Source: an uncultured Bacilli bacterium
GTDB taxonomy: Bacteria; Bacillota_I; Bacilli_A; RF39; UBA660
Direction: 5' to 3'
Assembly: GCA_944371905.1 (NCBI GenBank)
Contig: CALVYA010000002.1
Coordinates: forward strand, 17,303-81,302
DNA length: 64,000 bases
This document shows, piece after piece, positions 51,309 through 58,595 of the stretch; position 1 is the first letter of the stretch, and each line of letters begins with the position of its first letter. The position numbers were made by a program, and so were the translations under genes. The notes under the pieces were generated by a model. The model searched no databases. It was not told where the DNA came from and saw only the letters and a program-made list of their open reading frames with translations.

Positions 51309-52073
51309 ATGAATAAATTTAATGTTATGAAAATATTAGAAAAACAACAAAAAGAAAAAGAATTATTACATAAAGATTTAGAAAAAGAAGAATATTTGAA
51401 AAAAGTTTATAGTTTCATAGATGATTATGTTAAGCCACTACTTGAGAAAACAACTAATAATATAACCTATGGCTTTACTGACGATTTTGATACATTTATC
51501 TTATCAAAGAAAGTTGAAGATTTGCTTATTTATACGATAAAAATATTAGACTTAATTGGGAATAATATGTTCAAAGATATAGAGGAACCCCAACTTTTGC
51601 AAAATGCTTTGCTTAATGAAGAAATAGGTTTTTTAAACAAAGATAAAAAAATAAAGAAACAAGTAGCAACAAAATTATGTGGTTATATAACAAAAAGATT
51701 ATCTTATGAAGATAACTTGAATAATTATGTTGATGAATATATAAAACCTATGTTTATTAAGTTAGGCAAAGAAAATAAAATTGTTTTCGATTTAAACTCT
51801 AAAGATGAGAATAAATTGCTTATCTCTAATAACACAATAGAGTTATCAAAATTAGGTGTTTGTGAGAATACTATTATAAGTTTAGTTTTTCCTTTTACAA
51901 AAAATAATTATGATGAGAACACATTAAGGCATTTAGACTTTCTTTTTAATAATGATACAGAAATAAAACAAGAGTTTGCCGATTATTTAGTTAATACTTT
52001 TGTAGAAAGATATAACGAGATAGATTTTATCAATGTAAAAAAATTTAACCTTATAAACATATTAAAAGAGTGA
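51309..52073 (+). CDS. hypothetical protein (254 aa), unknown-function cargo
   Basis: RBS aggag. No motif recognised. It forms an operon with 50146..51300. Confidence 0.6.
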   Translation: MNKFNVMKILEKQQKEKELLHKDLEKEEYLKKVYSFIDDYVKPLLEKTTNNITYGFTDDFDTFILSKKVEDLLIYTIKILDLIGNNMFKDIEEPQLLQNALLNEEIGFLNKDKKIKKQVATKLCGYITKRLSYEDNLNNYVDEYIKPMFIKLGKENKIVFDLNSKDENKLLISNNTIELSKLGVCENTIISLVFPFTKNNYDENTLRHLDFLFNNDTEIKQEFADYLVNTFVERYNEIDFINVKKFNLINILKE

Positions 52074-52100
52074 TAAAAGATTTTATTCTTTATCACTCTT
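52066..52100. terminator. bidirectional terminator shared by convergent genes
   Basis: 12-bp stem aagagtgataaa/tttatcactctt overlapping both stop codons. Confidence 0.65.
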
Positions 52101-52340
52101 ATTTTTTGTATTTTCTTTAAATAATTCGGCTATATCTATATCAAGTACAAGAGCTAACCTCCAAAGTGTTCCAAGTGAAAATGTTTGATGATTTTTACTT
52201 TCTATATTAGATATAAATTGTGTTGAATACCTCATTTTATTGGCTAATTGTTCTTGTGTAAGTCCTTTTAGTTGTCTTTGCTTTTTTATGTTCTTTGATA
52301 CTACTTCATATATATAGTTTTCATCATCTCTTTTAAACAA
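52083..52340 (-). CDS. XRE-family HTH transcriptional regulator
   Basis: LKGLTQEQLANKMRYSTQFISNIE... Confidence 0.85.
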   Translation of the reverse strand: MFKRDDENYIYEVVSKNIKKQRQLKGLTQEQLANKMRYSTQFISNIESKNHQTFSLGTLWRLALVLDIDIAELFKENTKNKSDKE

Positions 52341-52415
52341 TTATACCACCACCTAACACTATTAATATTTTCTCAAAAATAGCACTGAATATACTTACTC
52401 TATTCGCGTAAGTTG

Positions 52416-52424
52416 TGGTATAAT
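52416..52424 (+). promoter_or_regulatory. extended -10 promoter element, divergent from the XRE gene
   Basis: TGGTATAAT, with a weak -35 (ttactc) about 17 nt upstream. It points into a 470-nt ORF-free AT-rich tract. Confidence 0.45.
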
Positions 52425-52891
52425 AGTTTATAAGAAAGGAGTTTATAATTCTTAAAAGAAAAGAAGTTTGATGTGTTTATATGGAATAATATTATTAAAG
52501 GTTTATGACCGTGAAAATAATTATTAAAGTGAAATAGTATAAAATAATTATGAGTAAGAAGATATAAGTTATAATACTCGACATTCAACTATTGATTTCA
52601 CTTACAATATGGATATAGAAAATAATTAAGTTGATTTTTACTTAATAATGATACTTACAAATTAAAATATGATAAAAAAATAAATGTTTAATTGATGAAA
52701 AATAAAATATTATATGTAATTATTTATAGATAAACTATGATAGCTTTGATAAAATTAATTAATATTGTGTTATAATTAATATGTAATGCATTTTTTTATT
52801 TTATTTTTATATAGCAATAAGTTAATTTGATTAAAAGTATGCTTGTACAGGTATTTTTAATATAGATGTATAGAAGTGAAAGGAGGTTTTT

Positions 52892-53245
52892 ATGGAAACA
52901 AAATTTTGTGAAAATTGTGGTAATAAAGTTGCTATCGATGCAGTGATATGTCCAAAATGTGGCAGACAACTTGAAGAACTTAAAACAGAAGAAAATAAAT
53001 CAAATGCTTCGCAAGTAATTATTAACAATTCAAACATTGTTGATGGAGGATATAAAAAAAAACAATGTGATAAATGGATAACTTTATTATTATGTATATT
53101 TTTAGGAATATTTGGTGGTCATAAATTTTATGAAGGTAAAATTGGATTAGGTATTTTATATATTTTTACTTTTGGACTTTTTGGAATAGGTATATTAGTA
53201 GATTTTATAGTAATTTTATTTAGACCTAATCTTTATTATGTATAA
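52892..53245 (+). CDS. zinc-ribbon plus TM2-domain membrane protein
   Basis: FCENCGN..CPKCG followed by ...LLLCIFLGIFGGHKFYEGKIGLGILYIFT.. (TM2 domain pattern). Confidence 0.75.
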   Translation: METKFCENCGNKVAIDAVICPKCGRQLEELKTEENKSNASQVIINNSNIVDGGYKKKQCDKWITLLLCIFLGIFGGHKFYEGKIGLGILYIFTFGLFGIGILVDFIVILFRPNLYYV

Positions 53246-53259
53246 TAGGAGGAAATAAG

Positions 53260-54111
53260 ATGGAAGAAAAAAAGTTTTGTAAATTTTGTGGTGAGAAGAT
53301 TGATAAAGATAGTATTGTATGTCCAAAATGTGGCAGACAACTAAAACTTGTAAAAAATGAAATTAATGAAAAAAAGATAAATAATACACAAGAAAATGAA
53401 ATAAAATTTTATCAGCAACAGTGGTTTATGTGGATTATGTTAGTGTTTTTTGCACCAGTTGGAATATTTCTTATGTGGAAATTCAATGATAAAATGAAGA
53501 AAAATATTAAAATAATACTAACAGTAATATTTTCTATTTTCTTTATAATAGTAATATCAAGTAGTAGTTCTAATGATGTTAATGAGAACGGAACAAAATA
53601 TGAAACTAATAAAAAAATAACTGTTGAAATAGTAGATTTCAGTAATATGACAACTGCCGAAGTTGATAATTGGTGCAGTGAAAAAAAAGTTAATTGCAAA
53701 AGAGTTGAAGAATATAATGACACTATTGAAAAAGGTAAATTTGTAAGTCAAAGTATTGAAAGTTCAAAAACAATTTATGAAGGAGAACAAATAACAATAG
53801 TTTATTCGCTTGGAAAGGAACCAACAGTTAGCCAAAAAAATGCAGTAAAAAAAGCTGAATCATATTTAGATTATTCTGCTTTTTCAAGAAATGGTCTAAT
53901 TAAACAATTAGAATTTGAAGGTTTCTCAAATGCTGATGCAACATATGCTGTTGATAATATAATTGTTGATTGGAATGAACAAGCAGTGAAAAAAGCTAAA
54001 TCATATCTAGATTATTCTGCTTTTTCAAGAAATGGTTTAATTAAACAATTAGAGTTTGAAGGTTTTACTTACGAACAAGCAGTATATGGCGTTGAACAAA
54101 ACGGATTATAA
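53260..54111 (+). CDS. zinc-ribbon/TM/PASTA-like protein with two Ltp-type repeats (superinfection-exclusion-like)
   Basis: FCKFCGE..CPKCG, one TM helix, a PASTA-like segment (ITVEIVDFSNMTTAEVDNWC...GEQITIVYSLG), then two copies of AVKKA.SYLDYSAFSRNGLIKQLEFEGF. Confidence 0.7.
   Translation: MEEKKFCKFCGEKIDKDSIVCPKCGRQLKLVKNEINEKKINNTQENEIKFYQQQWFMWIMLVFFAPVGIFLMWKFNDKMKKNIKIILTVIFSIFFIIVISSSSSNDVNENGTKYETNKKITVEIVDFSNMTTAEVDNWCSEKKVNCKRVEEYNDTIEKGKFVSQSIESSKTIYEGEQITIVYSLGKEPTVSQKNAVKKAESYLDYSAFSRNGLIKQLEFEGFSNADATYAVDNIIVDWNEQAVKKAKSYLDYSAFSRNGLIKQLEFEGFTYEQAVYGVEQNGL
53842..54066 (+). repeat. intragenic direct repeat (two 84-bp copies, period 141 bp)
   Basis: 53842-53925 and 53983-54066 differ at only about 6 positions. 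They encode the two Ltp-type repeats. Confidence 0.85.
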
Positions 54112-54182
54112 AATAAAAGAGTATATAATCAATTATATGCTTTGTTTTAATCTATTTACACAAAACTACACAAAATTAGAGA

Positions 54183-54237
54183 AAAGTCTTTGATAACCTA
54201 CTATATATATGAGGAGGTGTTACTATCAAAGACTTTT
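54183..54237 (+). terminator. 14-bp-stem hairpin plus T-run; terminator and/or translational control of the next ORF
   Basis: aaaagtctttgata (54183-96) pairs with tatcaaagactttt (54224-37). The 27-nt loop holds the gaggagg RBS. TTTTTT follows. Confidence 0.5.
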
Positions 54238-54395
54238 TTACTTTAAAAGATGCTTGTAAGATTATAAATATATCTTATAAAACACTTTATAGTTGGGTTA
54301 AAAATAATGAAGTATCTTACACTAAAATTGGTAATAGATATTATATGACACAAGAGCAAATCAATGCTCTTGTTTTTGTTTATAACAAATCATAG
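54225..54395 (+). CDS. excisionase-type (HTH_17/MerR-like) DNA-binding protein, apparent non-canonical ATC start
   Basis: Hand translation: IKDFFTLKDACKIINISYKTLYSWVKNNEVSYTKIGNRYYMTQEQINALVFVYNKS*. A GGAGG lies 7 nt upstream. There is no ATG, GTG or TTG in frame after the preceding stop. Confidence 0.5.
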   Translation: MKDFFTLKDACKIINISYKTLYSWVKNNEVSYTKIGNRYYMTQEQINALVFVYNKS

Positions 54396-54476
54396 TTTTG
54401 TATTGCTTAAAAACTTAACACAAGCCACGATATAATATTAAAATCAAATTGTAAAAATTAAATAAGGAGGAAAAAA

Positions 54477-55274
54477 ATGTATAGCATATATCAAAATAGA
54501 TATGCCAATAAATTACACTTAAATATTATAAAAGTTAAATATTCAAAGGAACATACCTTACTTGAAAGAGATTTTAGCATTAAATTAAGTGATGATTACA
54601 ACGATTTAGCAAACGACTTAATAACATACAAATTATATCTTTATTTAGGTAGTTTACTAAGTCAAAATGCTTTAAGAAATGAAATACTAACACTTGATAC
54701 AAAAGCCTTTCTAAATGCCTTAAAAACAACTAAAAAGGCTTATATTATATCATCGCTTGAATATTTAAAAGCCATAAGGTTTAAATACTACTATTTTAAA
54801 GGTAAGAAGAACAACAAAGGCTATATCAAAGAAATAAGAAATTGTAGTATTATTGATGATTATTCTTCTTCAAAAGGTAGTATAACAATTAGATTTAATA
54901 AAGATTATTTAACCTTACTTGGTTATAGTAGATTAACCTTACAACTACCTAACGAGCTATTTACTATGAATATAACAAAATATCATCATAGTTTATTTAT
55001 GGGAGTTCGTATCTTATTACATAGACAAGTGAATTTTAATAAGAAACAAAGAAATGTTATATCAGTAAAAGAAATAACAAAATATTGTCCTTTACTCCCT
55101 TGTTATGATGATTTAAACGAAAGTAAGCAAGTATCAAGAAATATATTAGAGCCATTTAAAAAAAATATGGACTTTATGTGGGAAATACTTAATTTTACTT
55201 GGAAGTATGAAAATGAGCTAACTACATATAACTCATTTATAAATAATAAAATAATCTTTGAGTGTAGAAATTAG
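54477..55274 (+). CDS. putative replication initiator (Rep-like, winged-helix)
   Basis: The call rests on its position directly upstream of a DnaB-C-like ATPase and an AT-rich palindromic region, plus general resemblance to RepB/Rep_3-type proteins. It is weak. Confidence 0.35.
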   Translation: MYSIYQNRYANKLHLNIIKVKYSKEHTLLERDFSIKLSDDYNDLANDLITYKLYLYLGSLLSQNALRNEILTLDTKAFLNALKTTKKAYIISSLEYLKAIRFKYYYFKGKKNNKGYIKEIRNCSIIDDYSSSKGSITIRFNKDYLTLLGYSRLTLQLPNELFTMNITKYHHSLFMGVRILLHRQVNFNKKQRNVISVKEITKYCPLLPCYDDLNESKQVSRNILEPFKKNMDFMWEILNFTWKYENELTTYNSFINNKIIFECRN

Positions 55275-55390
55275 AGCAAAGTTTAGCAGATTTTGAGTTT
55301 TGATATGTAGATGACATTTGTTAGAAACACTTATAAATCAATACTTTTTGAGATGTTTATTTCCTTAAATATAATAAGTATATTATATAT

Positions 55391-55417
55391 AGCACTCACT
55401 CTTTAAAGAGTGGTGCT
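55391..55417. promoter_or_regulatory. 27-nt palindrome followed by a (TA)n tract: candidate origin or terminator
   Basis: agcactcactcttt/aaagagtggtgct, then tatatatatata. It lies in the 265-bp gap between the Rep-like and helicase-like genes. Confidence 0.35.
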
Positions 55418-55540
55418 TATATATATATAACTTAATTTTTACAATAAAAAAAAACTATAAAACTCATATAGAGTATATTATATTCTACTTATAATAGTAA
55501 GAACAATATATGTATATAAAAATTTTAGAAGGAGAAAAAA

Positions 55541-56368
55541 ATGCTGACTATAGATGAATATAAAAACTATATAACTAATGAAAACAATGTAAGAAAAATA
55601 CCAACTAACTTTAGCAAATTAGATAATATATATGGTGGAGGTTTATCAAAAGGACTAACCATTATTGGTGCTAACACTGGCTTAGGCAAAACAACTTTTG
55701 TCTTACAACTTGCTGATAATGTAGCACAACAACCTAACACAAAAGTTTTATTCTTTTCTATGGAATTAACTAAATATGAGTTGGTGTCAAAGTCTTTAAG
55801 CCGATTATCTTATTTAGATAACAACTTAACTAATCATACACCTAATGATTTTATAAGTAATGGTGTTGATGATTTGGATACTTATTATAGTCATTATGAG
55901 CCAATGGGAAATAATGTTTATATAGTTGATAATATTAGAAGTATTATGAAAATATCTAAAACTATTTACGACTTTTGTAATGAGTTTGAAAATGACAAAG
56001 TTGTTGTTATTATTGATTACATACAATTTATAAATTGTAATGGAAGCAACGATAAGCAAAATGTTGATATAATCACACGAGAACTTAAAGCACTTGCCAA
56101 TAATTACAATATACCTATTGTGGCAATTAGTAGTTTAAGTCGTGAGGGTGCTAAAAGAAATGATATATCATCATTTAAGGAAAGTGGTTCAATAGAATAT
56201 ACCGCTGATTATTTAATTATTATGTATCAAAAGCAAAATAATAGAGAGTTGGCTTTTACTGATGATACTGATACTATAACAGTTCAGTTTCTAAAAAATA
56301 GATTTGGAGTAAAAGGACAATTTGATTTAAAGTATATTGGAAATTATGCAACATTTAAGGAACTTTAA
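55541..56368 (+). CDS. DnaB-helicase C-terminal-domain-like (RecA-fold) ATPase
   Basis: Walker A GANTGLGKTT, Walker B VVVIIDYIQ, ...ISSLSREG... Confidence 0.75.
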   Translation: MLTIDEYKNYITNENNVRKIPTNFSKLDNIYGGGLSKGLTIIGANTGLGKTTFVLQLADNVAQQPNTKVLFFSMELTKYELVSKSLSRLSYLDNNLTNHTPNDFISNGVDDLDTYYSHYEPMGNNVYIVDNIRSIMKISKTIYDFCNEFENDKVVVIIDYIQFINCNGSNDKQNVDIITRELKALANNYNIPIVAISSLSREGAKRNDISSFKESGSIEYTADYLIIMYQKQNNRELAFTDDTDTITVQFLKNRFGVKGQFDLKYIGNYATFKEL

Positions 56369-56385
56369 CGAGTTCCTTTTATTTT
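56357..56385 (+). terminator. terminator overlapping the ATPase stop
   Basis: aaggaact/agttcctt stem followed by ttatttt. Confidence 0.5.
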
Positions 56386-56491
56386 GGGAAAATATTTTAG
56401 TCGTTTAATTTTAGGGCAACCCATTGATATAAAAAAAGTAGTAGAAAAAGTTATTTAACTTAGCCCCTACTACAAGGAGGAATAAAAAATT

Positions 56492-56677
56492 ATGAAACAA
56501 AGATTTTTAACACTTGTAGAGGTATGTGATAGCCTACATACTTCTATTGGGTATATAAAGAAACTAATTGATGAGGGAAAAATTAAGGCTATTAAATCAT
56601 CAAAAAATTACTTAATTAGTGAGTTTGAATATTTAAAACTAATTGAGTTTATGGAGGTACAGCATAATGAAAAATAA
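56492..56677 (+). CDS. excisionase-family HTH protein
   Basis: FLTLVEVCDSLHTSIGYIKKLIDEGKIKAIK. Confidence 0.6.
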   Translation: MKQRFLTLVEVCDSLHTSIGYIKKLIDEGKIKAIKSSKNYLISEFEYLKLIEFMEVQHNEK

Positions 56678-56975
56678 TAAAATAAGTATAGATTTAGATA
56701 TTGAGGACTTATTAGGTATTAAGGAAACAAGCAAAGATAGTTTAGAATATGATTTAGAGTTTATAATCAATAATGGTTATGATGAATATATCAAGCAACA
56801 AGAAGAACACAACAAAAAGAAACAAGAATTTATAGAACTATTTAAAGAGTGTTATGATGAGTTATGCATTTTTATGGAAAAAGACCCTAAACAAAGAGTT
56901 GCTATATCTTGCTTTACTTGTATCAAAGGTATGGACTTATCTAAACAATATGGTAAGCCAAAAAAAGATAAGTAG
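56667..56975 (+). CDS. hypothetical protein (102 aa)
   Basis: The start was chosen at MKNNKISIDL after a ggagg RBS. No motif recognised. Confidence 0.5.
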   Translation: MKNNKISIDLDIEDLLGIKETSKDSLEYDLEFIINNGYDEYIKQQEEHNKKKQEFIELFKECYDELCIFMEKDPKQRVAISCFTCIKGMDLSKQYGKPKKDK

Positions 56976-57005
56976 TTAAATGATAACTTGCTTATCTTTC
57001 TTTTT

Positions 57006-57254
57006 TTATTGTTTCATTATTTCATTATAGAGTATTATTTGTTTCTTATTGTTCTTTTGAAACTCCCTTCTAAAATCTTTTTGTAATTTTTCAAAATGAT
57101 TATATAAAAGTCCTCTTTCTTTATCAGTAAACTTACTATCTTCTTTTAGGCTTTCTTCTAACATTTGATGAACTACTAGCATTTCTATCATTGTATTATT
57201 CATTTTTTCAGTTAAGTTAAATCTTAACTCATTTATATTTGTACACTTTTTCAT
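57006..57254 (-). CDS. hypothetical coiled-coil protein (82 aa)
   Basis: The internal ATG (MKKCTNINELRF) has an agagg RBS. The longer tracked ORF runs into the element end and is unlikely. Confidence 0.45.
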   Translation of the reverse strand: MKKCTNINELRFNLTEKMNNTMIEMLVVHQMLEESLKEDSKFTDKERGLLYNHFEKLQKDFRREFQKNNKKQIILYNEIMKQ

Positions 57255-57411
57255 TTTATACCTCTTTCTTATAATTAGATTTGTTAATAAACACATAATT
57301 TTACCCTTATTGTACCTTGATTTTTTATATTTGTTATCACTATTAACCCAAAGGGGGGGTCGGTGTATCGGTAGTAACATTTTTTTAGTTATCACTTTTG
57401 ATGAGAAAAGC

Positions 57412-57558
57412 CGGAATGCCCGAAATGACCTTTGAATGGGCCTTAAGAGAAGCAGGCATTGATCCCAAAAATGATTTAACTATTGATACTAGTATTGAAT
57501 TTGCTTCTATGGGAGGAGCATTTATTAGTGGTATTGGAGATTTTGTTACTTTATTTGA
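57412..57558 (+). pseudogene. ABC substrate-binding protein gene, segment C (49 codons)
   Basis: ..GMPEMTFEWALREAGIDPKNDLTIDTSIEFASMGGAFISGIGDFVTLFE. It is in frame with segment B after removal of element 2. Confidence 0.85.
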
Positions 57559-57625
57559 ACAAAGTGTTACAAAAAATAATATTCATAAAAAAAGATTTAA
57601 CCATACGATTAAATCGAATTTTTGT

Positions 57626-58546
57626 TTATCCCATAATTTCTCCACCATTATTATGAATAATTTGACCCGTCATATAACTAGAATCATCAGAAGCTAAAAA
57701 CACAAAAGTTGGTGCTAATTCATATGGCATTGCTCCTCTTGCCATCGCTGCATTGGCCCCTAAAGATGGAATTTTTTCCTTTACCCAACAAGCAGGTTGT
57801 AACGGTGTCCAAAAAAATCCCGGTGCGATAGCATTAACTCTTATTCCTTTTAATGCTAAATTTCTAGCTAAAGCTCTAGTAAAGCCAACTATAGCCCCTT
57901 TAGTAGTAACATAATCTATTAATTGTGGATCACCATAAAAAGTGGTCACAGACGTTAAATTTATAATTGAAGATCCTTTTTTCAAATAAGGTAATGCCTC
58001 TCTAGTTAAGTAAAACATTCCATAAATATTGACTTTCATAGTCCAATCAAATTGTTCATCTGTAATATCTTCTAATTTATCTTGCTGATACTGTACTCCT
58101 GCATTATTCACTAAAATATCTATTTTTCCAAATTTATCTAATGTTTTCTTTACGATTTCTTTTGCAAATCTTTTATCAGCAATATTCCCAGATAATAATA
58201 AACATTCCCCTCCTAGAGCTTCTATATATTCTTGTGTTTCCTTAGCATCTATGTGTTCATTATAATATGGAATCACTACTTTAGCTCCTTCTTTGATAAA
58301 AGCTACTGCACAAGCTCTACCTAGTCCACTATCCCCTCCTGTGATAATTGCTACTTTATCTTTTAATTTTCCACTTCCCTTATAATTAGGATTATCAAAA
58401 ATAGGTCTAGGATGCATTAAATATTCCATTCCTGGTTGCTGAGTTTGAGATTGTTCTGGTGCCATAATTAAATATTTTGTGCTTTCTATTCCTAAAGGAT
58501 CATAATAATTATAGAACTTATTTCCGAAATGATAATCGTAATTCAT
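57626..58546 (-). CDS. SDR oxidoreductase of the YhdF/YdaD (general-stress-protein-39-like) type
   Basis: A long N-terminal leader (..QPGMEYLMHPRPIF..YKGSGKLKDKVAIITGGDSGLGRA), NNAG, and an active-site Y/K motif (Y..TKGA). Confidence 0.8.
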   Translation of the reverse strand: MNYDYHFGNKFYNYYDPLGIESTKYLIMAPEQSQTQQPGMEYLMHPRPIFDNPNYKGSGKLKDKVAIITGGDSGLGRACAVAFIKEGAKVVIPYYNEHIDAKETQEYIEALGGECLLLSGNIADKRFAKEIVKKTLDKFGKIDILVNNAGVQYQQDKLEDITDEQFDWTMKVNIYGMFYLTREALPYLKKGSSIINLTSVTTFYGDPQLIDYVTTKGAIVGFTRALARNLALKGIRVNAIAPGFFWTPLQPACWVKEKIPSLGANAAMARGAMPYELAPTFVFLASDDSSYMTGQIIHNNGGEIMG

Positions 58547-58595
58547 ATATATACCTCCTATGTACTATATGCAATTAAACAAACAATGATATTAT

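Larger units (their letters stand above)
47628..57411. mobile_element. intervening element 2 (about 9784 bp): integrative replicative island (satellite- or IME-like)
   Basis: The SBP reading frame breaks after GGRA(A) at ~47627 and resumes at ..(A)GMPEM at ~57410, with a shared gcc at both junctions. It carries a serine recombinase, an XRE repressor, two Xis-like HTH genes, a Rep-like gene, a DnaB-C-like ATPase and accessory genes. The junction is placed to within a few bp. Confidence 0.8.
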
